A DNA stretch of 64,000 nucleotides from an uncultured Planctomycetaceae bacterium. GTDB lineage: Bacteria; Planctomycetota; Planctomycetia; Planctomycetales; Planctomycetaceae. The notes below the pieces were generated by a model. It had not been told where the DNA came from, made no database searches, and saw only the letters and a program-made list of their open reading frames with translations. The DNA lies in the NCBI GenBank assembly GCA_963815195.1, contig CAWFGE010000014.1, positions 96,001-160,000 on the forward strand, given 5' to 3'. Positions 37,001 through 47,082 of this stretch are shown one piece after another. The translations under genes were made by a program, and so were the position numbers. The number at the start of each line of letters is the position of its first letter. Positions within the stretch are counted from its first letter, which is position 1.

Positions 37001-39505
37001 CGTGAAGTTGCCGCGCAGAGCGAGCGGACTCATGTGCCCGCAGCTCCGAAAGCAGTTCCTCATATTCTGTAGCCCGGATGCAAATCGACAGCGCACTGAT
37101 TACCTCTTCGAAGACGGCCTGATTAGAAATCTGTCGTAAGGTCATCAAGCTAACAAGGACGGTGTCTCCTAATTGAAGTTCGGGGTGCACCGCATCAACC
37201 GCCGATGGCCTGTGGGCGACCCTAGACAGTTCCGCGAGGGCCGCTGGCGTGACCTTCTGTGTGGTTTTCAGGAGCGGAAGGAGGTCTTGCAGTCGGTAAA
37301 CGTGGTTCTCCCGATCGTCGGAATACTCATCTAGTTCGATTCCGCTCTCCGGCCACTGCGATTCAACACGAATTCGGCGTTGCTCAATACTCTTCCGGAT
37401 TGCAAGAAGCTCTTGCTCGCGGGAGGGCTGGTGCTGCGCAAATCGATCGGCATCACGGACATGAAGAAGGCCATAGCTGGCTGGGAGGATGATGCAGTCG
37501 AAGTGCTCTGCCGCTCTCTCCAGTGCATCGAGCTTGAAAAGAGTCAGGAGGGCAGTCAGATCGGCAACCACATGAGTGCCTGCCGGCGGAGCGGTCAGTT
37601 CATGCAGGAGTTTGCCCATTGGTGTACTTAGACCAGTGAAACTATTCGTCGCATAGACTGAGAATGCCGCTCGCGTCAGCGGCTCTTCTGATAACCATTT
37701 AAGTTCTTGCGTATGAAGAGTCCACGCCCATGCTGGAGCATTTCCTAGGGAGTCCTCAGCGAAAAGCCACGTCATTCGTCCAGCGATTAACGCCCGCTGC
37801 AGAGCTTCTCGACGGCTCTGAAAATTCCTGCCATGCTCAAGTATCTGCTCGATTGTCCCTTCCTGGAGCAATTCCATTGGGATCTTTCCCTCGCGGCGCA
37901 GTTCCAGGATCCTCGCAAAAGCCTCATGTGCGAGCCGATCATTACCAGCGGCGTAACCACGTTGCATGTAGCTGAAGAGAAATCTTGGATCGTCCCAATG
38001 GTCCGGTGCAATAGCCTCGAGCAACTGAAAGGCATCAGCCGGCTTAGTATCGGCTACCAGAAGCTCGCTAAGGAAGAGAATGGCTTCAAGCGGAGCATCC
38101 TCCGCGTCGCATACGGGCTTCAATACCTCGATTGCCTTAGCGGTTCGAGCTGTTCGTGCTAGGGCTTGTGCAAGCCACATCCGGTAGTCCCGATTCGAAG
38201 AATTCAGTTCGACCAAGCGCTTGAGGTAGGTCGCCGCTTGTACGTGGTCACCAAGTTGCACAAGAGCCCACACCAGCGTCCTCAGGTGCTCTTCATTGTC
38301 GGGTTTTTCTTCCAATAGCTGTATTAGTCCTCGAATCGCGCTCTGATATCGACGACGGTCGATCGACGCCTTGATGCTCCTGCGAACCACATCTGGATGC
38401 GGCACGAGTTCGCTGGCCTTCTCCCATGCGTGTACAGCACCTGCCTCGTCTCCGCTTCGTTCACAGAACTGAGCATGTGCCTGCCACCACACTCCGTCCG
38501 ATTCGTTACGCACGGCGTCGAGCTGCTCCTTCGCCTGCGGAAGGTTACCATCGACCAAGTGTTTCATGGCATGCAAGAGACCGAGGAACCGACTACCGCC
38601 CGGCCTGAGACGTGTGACGACCTCGATGGCCTTATCAATTTGAGCAGCCCCGCACCGAACACTAGTCTCGAAGAGACTGATACATACCGATTCCTTCGCG
38701 TCCTCGCTGGTTGCATTGGCGGAGAGTTCCACTAGAGCCTTGAACGCGGCTTCGGGTTTGTCGAATAGATCTCGCTCCATAATCGCCGCCAGAAGCGCGG
38801 CCTGAAAGTCGTTGGGGTGCTCCACACGCATTCGGTTGGGCAGTCCCTCGGGTGTGATCTGTATAAGCCCTCGGAGACACAGCTCGGCTACAATCAATGG
38901 TACTGGCACGTACTTCACCAGCCAGTGAGTATACTGAGAAAGGAATTCCTGGTCTCTGGTGATCCAGCGCAATACACGGCATAGGTTACCGCACTGAACT
39001 CATACTCGCCTACGATCTTTCGGTTAGCGCGTACTGAAGAGAGCAACGGATCAAGGATTTCGATGACAGTCCTCGCCAGTTCGACGTCAGTGTCTGCCCA
39101 CGGCTCAGGATCTAGTAGTGAATGGCCCGGATGCTGCTTCCGCCAGCCCTCGATGACACCCTCAGCGAACCCGAGGCGAGATAATCGCATAACGACAAGG
39201 CTGCAGGAAGCATCCGCCTGTTCCACGAGGTATTGTGCGCGGGTAATGTCTCCCAGGAATGCAAAGGCAACAATGGCAAGGTGAATCCACTCGTCGTCGA
39301 CGCGCCGGTCACGGATAAGGTCTACAGCAACTTGATGGCGGCTAGCGCGCAGCAAGATCGCGAGGGCAGCGCGCATGCGTATTGGGTCCGTGAGAGGGCC
39401 TAGCAGCTGCAATGCGGCATCGGGTCCACTGGTGAGTTCCGCCTCTAGCGCTTTCGCGGCGATAAGCTTGGCGTGTTGCTCGTCAAATTGATTAGTCAGT
39501 GACAC
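34059..39505 (-). CDS. Giant (about 1800 aa) TPR plus PIN-like protein; probably one gene with a frameshift near 38965
   Basis: AAGGAGG RBS and GTG at 39505; the 196-aa and 1637-aa ORFs join with a one-base shift (YAVYC/WITRDQ); TPR-like helices; VVADLTALLTLFKLDAL..IILP and DSIRLAQ..PLLADDRVL (PIN-like). Confidence 0.65.
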
Positions 39506-41021
39506 ACTCAGCCTCCTTAAGCAATTCCTGCAGCCGCGTCACGTCGGGTACTTCTCCGGATTGTTTCTCGTTTAGGAGGTGTTTCTGCTCAAGCCTCACT
39601 AGGAGGAGCCACCCATGCCGTACGATTGCTCCCTTGCGGGATACGGTCCTCAGCAGTTTCTCCAACTCAACGGCCGATGGGCCGGTTTCCTTCCAGCGAC
39701 CACTCTCTATTAAGGTGTCTACTCGCTCATTCAACTGCTGGATTTGGACGTACTGAGGAGCCAAGGGTTGGAGTTCCGGGACAATGATCAATGGGAAATC
39801 GAGTTCCGGAGGCACGCCGACGCCTTCGGAAGCCACCGGTTTGAATGCGATGGTCGGAGATACTTGGTGCTTCACTGGCCCAGCTTCCCCAACCTGTTCC
39901 GCGGATACTTGGTCTGTCGAGTGTTTGGACGAGTCAATCTTCGGTGGAATAGCTGGCGATTCGACGGAGGTGGAAGCTGCGGCGGTGGGAACCGCCTGGA
40001 CTGGCGGAAAAGTTTCCAATTCCTGAAGCGCAGTCGGGTGGAGGTGCTCAATGACGGCCCGAGTGTAGGCCGCCGCAATCAAAGCGGCGTAGGAGTGCCA
40101 GTCATCGTTTTTCGTTGAATTGCAGTAATCACAGGTACCACGGACGACGAGATAACCTACATTTGCGACCCAGCTCGCGTCGGCCACTCCGGAGCCTTCC
40201 ATTTCAACAGCTCTGATGTTCCAGCGATTCCGTAGTGCATCGCGTTTTTTCGGGTCAGCAAGCACGATGTTGGCCGCGCCAATGGCACCGCGGAACACGC
40301 GAGGTTTGCCATGCCGACGATCGAGATCCTTTGGATGTGGGACGGCATCTCCCGTTCCATCCGGCGTATCAATTAGTCTATCCTTTTTCGGTGCCGGGCG
40401 TTTCCACGACCGAGAACTCTCGAAGCGTCTCAGAAACTCGTTTATTTTCTTGTCCCAATCCCGGAGATCCTGGTGCCCCAATAACCTCTCACGGGAATGC
40501 ATATTTCCCACAGCCGCCAGCAGTTGAGGGCACGGTGGCCGCGCTGTTCCGCGGAACTCGAACCCAGTGAACGGATCGTCGTTTGTTCGGTGGGGGTCGC
40601 GCTGTTTTCCAAAATCGTACTGAATGATGCCGGGCGGACCACTCACGACAATGTCCCCCAGACGGACATGATCCTCCGGCTTACCTGGGTGCGGCACTGC
40701 ACCCGCGATGCCGCACATGATCAGTGATTCAATCGCTTCGCAGTGTTGCAGGAGGATGTTCGCTGCGATCGCCGCCGCGGTGTTTCCCATTGACGGTAGA
40801 CGCGTAATGGCGACCACGTGCTCCCCCCCGTGCTTGGAGGGAATAAAGCACAGCCAGCAGGTGAGTGCACCGGAGGTTGAGCGTTTCTGCCTCTCAATTC
40901 CCTGCTGGTCGGGGTCAAAAATGCCCAGACAGGCCGAGTATTCCTCTTCCAGCGCGGTTAATACCCCAATAGTGACGTGCCGAAACTCCAACTGTGGTTC
41001 CTCGGAATACTGGCGTAACAT
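39492..41021 (-). CDS. PNP/MTA-SAH nucleosidase-family effector plus Pro-rich linker and C-terminal helical domain
   Basis: IGVLTALEEEY, MGNTAAA, CGIAGAVP, RLGDIVVS, AVEMEGSG, VRGTCDYC..KNDDW..YAALIAAAY. Confidence 0.85.
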   Translation of the reverse strand: MLRQYSEEPQLEFRHVTIGVLTALEEEYSACLGIFDPDQQGIERQKRSTSGALTCWLCFIPSKHGGEHVVAITRLPSMGNTAAAIAANILLQHCEAIESLIMCGIAGAVPHPGKPEDHVRLGDIVVSGPPGIIQYDFGKQRDPHRTNDDPFTGFEFRGTARPPCPQLLAAVGNMHSRERLLGHQDLRDWDKKINEFLRRFESSRSWKRPAPKKDRLIDTPDGTGDAVPHPKDLDRRHGKPRVFRGAIGAANIVLADPKKRDALRNRWNIRAVEMEGSGVADASWVANVGYLVVRGTCDYCNSTKNDDWHSYAALIAAAYTRAVIEHLHPTALQELETFPPVQAVPTAAASTSVESPAIPPKIDSSKHSTDQVSAEQVGEAGPVKHQVSPTIAFKPVASEGVGVPPELDFPLIIVPELQPLAPQYVQIQQLNERVDTLIESGRWKETGPSAVELEKLLRTVSRKGAIVRHGWLLLVRLEQKHLLNEKQSGEVPDVTRLQELLKEAECVTD

Positions 41022-41580
41022 TACGGCAGGCTCCTCCGAGATTACCGTTCAAACACTCGGAATTGTTAGGGAGAATTCCTCGCCAGAAGATGTTGAATCG
41101 ACGAGAAACACGCATTGTCATTGGATCAGTGATGATGCCTTAGCATACCGCAAAACTCCGAAGCCACACAACTTCTTGCATCTCAATTTGATTCCAATCC
41201 GTCCCAAAAATACGGCTAATCCCTCGTTTTCCAGGACAAAACCGACTTTTCGACCGCCGATTTACCCACAGATTCAGGTGAGGAGGTAGAATGTTAGCGA
41301 CGGCAATACTATTTGACCCAACACAATGCTTCGCGACGGCACGATCAAGTTGGATGGAAAGGAACAGCAGACTGATCGACACGCGGGGAAGTCGGAAGAC
41401 GATCGATTCTCAATCGAACTGCACGACGGCCTATCTATTCTCAAGCCAAGTCAGTTAGGCAAGGGTTCGGACCGGTGCAAAATTATGAACCCCGAACCCA
41501 CTGGTTTACTGGCCGGTTGTTAACCTCTGGGGGCTGTTTACCAAGAGAGTCCGAGAGTTCGTACGCGGATTTTTGCGACC

Positions 41581-41609
41581 CCGAAGCGAACCCCTAGGGT
41601 TCGCTTCGG
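41581..41609. repeat. Palindrome with 13-bp arms
   Basis: CCGAAGCGAACCC-CTA-GGGTTCGCTTCGG. Confidence 0.6.
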
Positions 41610-41941
41610 ACCCCAAAAAACAATTGCCTAACCCGAGAGCGCGGGGTAGGATGGAAAGATTGCCGAAAGGCTAGAGTCCACGCGGGTTAAGGCAAAACGC
41701 CAAGCGCTCTCGCATCGGGCGTCTTGAGTCAACCAGTGGGTACGGGGATTCCGTACAAAAACTTTTAGCTCCACGGCAAGGACGCGAATCTTGAACCTAC
41801 CGGTTAAGAGCTCAACTGGGTGATTCAAAATGTAGTAAAATGTAGTTAATTGAACGGAAGTTTTCCAAATATGACTGAATTTGACCGGAATTCGATTAGG
41901 ATCAAGAATCCATGAAAACGCTGGATTAGTAGAGTTTCTGC

Positions 41942-42085
41942 TTACTCGGTGGTGGTATTCTGATACTTATCGTCGACGAGAATCAGCAGGATGTTCGGTT
42001 TTCGGGCGGGCTCCGCGCCGTCGGCCGGACCTGGGCGGACGATCCCATAACACAACGCGAGCAACACACAACAAAACCAGCGCAT
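41942..42085 (-). pseudogene. Sulfatase N-terminal stub (signal peptide plus KPNILLILVDD, then premature stop)
   Basis: MRWFCCVLLALCYGIVRPGPADGAEPARKPNILLILVDD|KYQNTTTE*; GAAAGG RBS. Confidence 0.75.
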
Positions 42086-42170
42086 GGAAAACCCTTTCTG
42101 TCTCAATTCGCCCAAAGCGCAAGTTTTGAAGTTGCGCTGGAAGCCGCCGCTACGACGGGCGCGCCGCCTT

Positions 42171-43235
42171 TCACAACCGGCTCTTTTTACTGTTTTTTGC
42201 GGCGGCGGATTTTCTGCGGGCCTCCGCTGGAGGTTCCGGTTCAAATAGGACAGGCTCCTCCGCGAAGCCTTGCTGAGCCTCCAACTGTTCGCGGAGGGCG
42301 GCCAGCTCCTCGCGTTCGTGCCAGAGCTTCTCCCGCTCGCGTTCGAGCAGCTCCCGTTCCCGTTGGACCGCGGAAAGTTGCCGGGCCAGCTCTTCGCGTT
42401 CGCCATCCGGACGGTTCTCCTCGGCGGAGTCCCCGGCTTGATCGGCCAGATGTTCTTCCCACTGCTGGCGGATTTGCTCGAACTCCGCCCGGTCTTGCTG
42501 AAAACGCTTCCATTCGCGCTCCATGAGGCTTTCGCGCTTCGCCAACTGAGCCTGCTGCGATTCCAACTCGGCCCGGAGCGCCGCCAATTCTTCCCGCGCT
42601 GTTGACAGGTCTTCGTCCGCCGGCCCGTTTCTCCGCCGGGCCTCCAGTTGATCCCGCACCGCGGTGCAGCGGTCGCTGATGAATTCCGACAACTGCGCGA
42701 TCTGGTCGCGGTCGGCCCGGCGCATCCGCTCGGTCAAGAGGGACAACAGCGCCTGCGTCAGCCGTTCGTAGCCATCGAGGGCCGCCATGTTTCCGTACCG
42801 CAGCGCCACGTTGGTGCAGATGTGCAGGCCGCTCCACTGCGTCGGGGCATGCTGTCCGCCGAACGGCCGCGTGCTCTTCCAATGAAACGCCAGGAACTCG
42901 CCCGCGTTTTCGGGGGCGAGGTGGGCATACGGAGCATATTGCGTCAGCCCTTTCCGGGCGAAGGTCTTGGCGGCGGATTGGAAAAACGGGGCCGCGAACT
43001 CGGCGAAATCCCGCTCCAACGGGTTCCAGCGTTCGGCGAGGAGGATTTCGGTCATCCGCAGCAGATCATCCAAAAGGGCGAGCATCACCAGCGACTTGCC
43101 CGTGCCGCTCTTTCGCAGTTGATCCAAATCGTCCCCCAGCACGTCCCGCGCGCTGCATTCGTCCAAATGCAACACGACCGAGTCGTGCAAATCCGTCAAT
43201 TGCTCCATCAAATGGGTTTTCAAGGAGTCGGTCAT
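42171..43235 (-). CDS. Hypothetical protein with a C-terminal coiled coil
   Basis: 354-aa ORF with an E/R/Q-rich helical tail. Confidence 0.7.
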   Translation of the reverse strand: MTDSLKTHLMEQLTDLHDSVVLHLDECSARDVLGDDLDQLRKSGTGKSLVMLALLDDLLRMTEILLAERWNPLERDFAEFAAPFFQSAAKTFARKGLTQYAPYAHLAPENAGEFLAFHWKSTRPFGGQHAPTQWSGLHICTNVALRYGNMAALDGYERLTQALLSLLTERMRRADRDQIAQLSEFISDRCTAVRDQLEARRRNGPADEDLSTAREELAALRAELESQQAQLAKRESLMEREWKRFQQDRAEFEQIRQQWEEHLADQAGDSAEENRPDGEREELARQLSAVQRERELLEREREKLWHEREELAALREQLEAQQGFAEEPVLFEPEPPAEARRKSAAAKNSKKSRL

Positions 43236-43449
43236 TCCTGTTGATCCTGACGAGTCGAAGCGAACCCGGAACTCTTCTCTCCGAGATTAGCCCGAAACCC
43301 CGCCGGCTTCCACCCGAAACGGGGTGCACGACAGCTTTTGTTTTTTCAAGATCCGCCCAACATCTCAATAGATTCAGTCGTTCCAAATCTCGTGTGATTG
43401 TGGTGCAACCGTCTGGCTGCATTCGCAGACGCCTGCGCCAAAAGGATTT

Positions 43450-43550
43450 AGGACCGAAGGTCCGGCCCTATGTCAGCCCAGGGCAAGCGCAGCGCCGCCC
43501 TGGGTTACGAATGAACAAAATGCAAGCCCCAACGGGGCGGCCCTATCACC
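43450..43550. repeat. REP-like palindrome cluster
   Basis: GGACCGAAGGTCC, AGCCCAGGGC..GCCCTGGG, GCCCCAACGGGGC. Confidence 0.6.
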
Positions 43551-43858
43551 CGCAGGCCCCTTCATCCTTTTTTCGTAACGACTGAGATGGGTCATCAGGG
43601 CCCGTCTTGGTGAAGCTCCTTCGCTAGATTCGTGACATATCGGACGAATGGATGTAAAAAAACATTACCCCAAAATACGCAGTCCTTTCCATAACGGTTT
43701 TGACCCCGATTTCCTTCGTTGACAAGACGCTCGCATTTTGCAACCGGCGCAAAAGCTGACGTGCTCCACCCGAAACGCCTCAAAACCCGCGGCTGTTTTT
43801 CTCCGCGGCGGGTTTGAGTATGCTTAGGCAACATCACGCGGCTCACTTGGGGAAAATT

Positions 43859-45841
43859 ATGCACGCATTGACATTGGGGTCTTTTGCTTTCTTCACGGCT
43901 TTGGTGGCCGTTCTCACCTGGATTCTGACCCGCAAAGACCGCCACGATACCTCTGCCGGGTATTTTCTGGCCGGGCGGGCGTTGACGGGCGGCTACATCG
44001 CGGGCTCCTTAATGCTGACGAACCTCTCCACCGAGCAGTTGGTGGGGCTCAACGGGGACGCCTTCGCGGACGGGATGTCGGTGATGGCCTGGGAAGTCAT
44101 CGCCGGGATGTCGCTGGTGGTGATGGCCTTGTACTTTCTGCCCAAGTATCTCAAAAGCGGCATCGCCACGATTCCGGAATTCCTCGAGCAGCGGTTCAAC
44201 GAATCCACCCGCACGATCACCACGCTGATTTTTATCGTGGCCTACGCCGGCATTTTGCTGCCGATCATTCTCTACACCGGTGCCACCGGCCTTTCCGGGA
44301 TTTTGAATATGAAGGACATCTTCGGCATCTCCTCCGACACGGGGGCGCTCTGGTTCAGCGTGTGGCTCATCGGGATCATCGGCTCCATCTATGCCATTTT
44401 CGGCGGTTTGCGGACGGTCGCCGTCTCCGACACGCTCAACGGGTTCGGGCTCTTGGTGGGCGGGCTTTTGATCGCCTGGTTTGGATTGTCCGCGATCAAT
44501 CCCGGGGCGCCGCTGTCCGCGATCTCGGAAATCCGCCAGGCCGACCCCGAGAAATTCAATTCCCTGGGCGGCCCCGAGCAAACCGTCCCGTTTTCCACCC
44601 TGTTTACGGGCGTGTTGCTCTTGAACCTGTTTTACTGGTGCACCAATCAGCAAATTATTCAGCGGACGTTCGGTGCCTCGAACCTCGCCGAGGGACAAAA
44701 AGGCGTGCTGCTCGCGGGGCTTTTGAAAATCCTGACCCCGATCATTCTCGTCGTGCCGGGGATCATCGCGTTTTTTCTGTTCGGGAGAGTGCTCGCGGAC
44801 GGAGAGGCGTTGGTGGTGAAAGACGTGACCGGCGGCAAGACGAGTGCCGTGGTGCTGTCGGTGAAGCCGAAGGACAGCGACAAAGCCAAGGAGGAAATCC
44901 TCCACGGGGGCGCGGCGTTGGAGAAGCTCGGCGTCAAGTCCTTTGCGGAAGCCGGGAACCTGGCGGGACAGACCGTCGAGCGGGACGAGCAATCGATCAC
45001 GGTGGAAAAAATCGTTCCGCCGAACGTGGTGATCGCCGCGGGGAAAGACGGCCAAAACCGCTACCTCACGCCGGGCGAATACCAGCGGGTGCGCGAGTTT
45101 AAGAGCGAAGCCGAGTCCGAGCCAGATGCGGAGGAGGCCAAGAACCCGCGGGTCATCGGTCCGCCGAACCGCGTGAAAGCCTACGGGCTCTTGGTGCGAA
45201 GCGTGCTCCCCAAACCGTTGGCGGGCTTTTTCGCGGCGGTGGTGGTTGGGGCGATTTTGAGTTCGTTCAACTCAGCCCTCAACAGCACCGCCACGCTGTT
45301 CAGCCTGGGGGTCTATCAGCACATGATCCGCCCGGGCGCCACCGAAGAGCAGGTGATTCGGTCGGGCAAGTGGTTCGGATGGATCATCGCCATCGCCGCC
45401 ATGAGCACCGCGCCGCTGCTCGCCGGCCAGGAAAGCATCTTCGGGTATCTGCAGAAGATGAACGGATTGTATTTCATCCCGATTTTCTCGGTGGTGTTCA
45501 TGGGGATTGTGCATCGGCGGGTGCCTGCCGCCGCCGCGAACACCGCGCTGGTCCTGGGCTTCGCCGCGATTGTGCTGGGATATTTCGTGCCGCCCTTCAA
45601 AGGTTGGGCCGAAGCGATCCACGGCTATCATTTTCTGGGGCTGGTCTTTGCCGCGCTGGTGCTTTTAATGTCCGTGTGGGCGAAGGCCGCTCCTTTGGAG
45701 AAAGCCTGGGAGCAGAGATACTCCGGCGACGTCGATCTGACGCCCTGGAAACCCGCGAAAATCGTCGGCTTGATCCTGATTCTGATCGTGCTGTCGATGT
45801 ACCTCTTCCTGGCGGACCCGTCTGTGATCGGTGGACCCTGA
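43859..45841 (+). CDS. Sodium:solute symporter (SSS, YidK-like) with a large inserted loop
   Basis: [53 protein letters not shown]. Confidence 0.92.
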   Translation: MHALTLGSFAFFTALVAVLTWILTRKDRHDTSAGYFLAGRALTGGYIAGSLMLTNLSTEQLVGLNGDAFADGMSVMAWEVIAGMSLVVMALYFLPKYLKSGIATIPEFLEQRFNESTRTITTLIFIVAYAGILLPIILYTGATGLSGILNMKDIFGISSDTGALWFSVWLIGIIGSIYAIFGGLRTVAVSDTLNGFGLLVGGLLIAWFGLSAINPGAPLSAISEIRQADPEKFNSLGGPEQTVPFSTLFTGVLLLNLFYWCTNQQIIQRTFGASNLAEGQKGVLLAGLLKILTPIILVVPGIIAFFLFGRVLADGEALVVKDVTGGKTSAVVLSVKPKDSDKAKEEILHGGAALEKLGVKSFAEAGNLAGQTVERDEQSITVEKIVPPNVVIAAGKDGQNRYLTPGEYQRVREFKSEAESEPDAEEAKNPRVIGPPNRVKAYGLLVRSVLPKPLAGFFAAVVVGAILSSFNSALNSTATLFSLGVYQHMIRPGATEEQVIRSGKWFGWIIAIAAMSTAPLLAGQESIFGYLQKMNGLYFIPIFSVVFMGIVHRRVPAAAANTALVLGFAAIVLGYFVPPFKGWAEAIHGYHFLGLVFAALVLLMSVWAKAAPLEKAWEQRYSGDVDLTPWKPAKIVGLILILIVLSMYLFLADPSVIGGP

Positions 45842-46292
45842 TCGCTTCGACTTTCTGCGCGCTCAAATTGGCGACAAACGCGCAATTCCGATCAAAACTT
45901 GCCAGCAACACTCCCGAAATGTTTCAAGCCGACGACGGCATCTTGCCGCGGTCGATCGCGCTCGGCGGCTGGAATCCGCCGCTCCGAAAATGCCCTCAAC
46001 GCGCCGAAGCCCTAAAAACCGGCATTTTCCGGGAAGAATGCTTTTTTGAGGAAAAGCCGATGTTATCTGAACGGATGCCCGAAAACACTTGTGCTATGTA
46101 TGACGGTTCATTAGTATTACTGAGGTTGAGCATCAAGCCTTACCCTAAACGCCAAATATTCATCAACAAATTTTTGTCCATTGGTTCTCTTCCATTGCAT
46201 ACTATAATCGAGTATACTCATGCCAATCTTGCGAGATTGACAGTTGGTGTCGGTCTCATCGGTTGTCCACTTTTAGTCAGGGAGTCGCGACA

Positions 46293-46904
46293 ATGCTAAA
46301 CAGCACTTCAACCAAGCCGGCGTTAACGCCGCGTCAGCGAGAAATCTACGAATTTCTCAAAGACAAAATCGTCAACCGGGGATACGGGCCGACGGTCCGG
46401 GAAATTGGAGCCCACTTCGACATCAAATCCCCCAATGGCGTGATGTGCCATTTGAAGGCGCTTGAAAAGAAGGGTTTGATCACACGGGAATCGCATATGT
46501 CCCGCGCCATCCAACTGACCGAATCGCCCCAGAAGCGGATGAGCCTGCCGCTCGCCGGCCAGATTGCCGCGGGCAGCCCCGTCTTGGCGGAAGAAGACAC
46601 CGAACGCGTCGATTTCGCCGACCTCTTTGATGCGGAAGATCACTTCTGCCTCAAAGTCAAAGGCGATTCGATGATCGAAGACCACATTTCCGAAGGCGAC
46701 TTTGTGATTGTCAACAAGCAAAGCAGTTGCCGGGACGGAGAAATCGTGGTCGCTTTAGTGGACGGCCAGGAAGCGACATTGAAGCGGTTCTACAAAGAGC
46801 GCGACCGCATCCGCCTGGAACCGGCCAATTCCAAAATGAAGCCCATCTACGCCAACAACGTGGATATTTTGGGCGTGGTCGTCGGCGTGATCCGCCGCTG
46901 CTAG
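46293..46904 (+). CDS. lexA: SOS repressor LexA
   Basis: LTPRQREI..GYGPTVREIG..HLKALEKKG; IAAGSP cleavage site; VKGDSM; ATLKRF. Confidence 0.97.
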   Translation: MLNSTSTKPALTPRQREIYEFLKDKIVNRGYGPTVREIGAHFDIKSPNGVMCHLKALEKKGLITRESHMSRAIQLTESPQKRMSLPLAGQIAAGSPVLAEEDTERVDFADLFDAEDHFCLKVKGDSMIEDHISEGDFVIVNKQSSCRDGEIVVALVDGQEATLKRFYKERDRIRLEPANSKMKPIYANNVDILGVVVGVIRRC

Positions 46905-47037
46905 TTCTGTAAAAACGTGGGCTTGAACAAATGAGCCGCAGGGCGCTAAGTGCTCTGCGAAAGCAAAAACTTTGGGTGAAAAAATTAGCCGCAGGGCACT
47001 AGCCGCGGTTTTTCCAAATCGAAATAGACGATTCCAC

Positions 47038-47078
47038 AGAAAGCCCGGCTTGTCCCATTAAGCCGGGCTTTCTTTTTT
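47038..47078. terminator. Intrinsic terminator between convergent lexA and the ArnT-like gene
   Basis: AGAAAGCCCGGCTT-loop-AAGCCGGGCTTTCT followed by a T run. Confidence 0.75.
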
Positions 47079-47082
47079 GAAA

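Noticed and set aside
41291..41523. Small gene after GAGGAGG near the island end
   Set aside because: Short frames with no recognisable motif; cannot be supported
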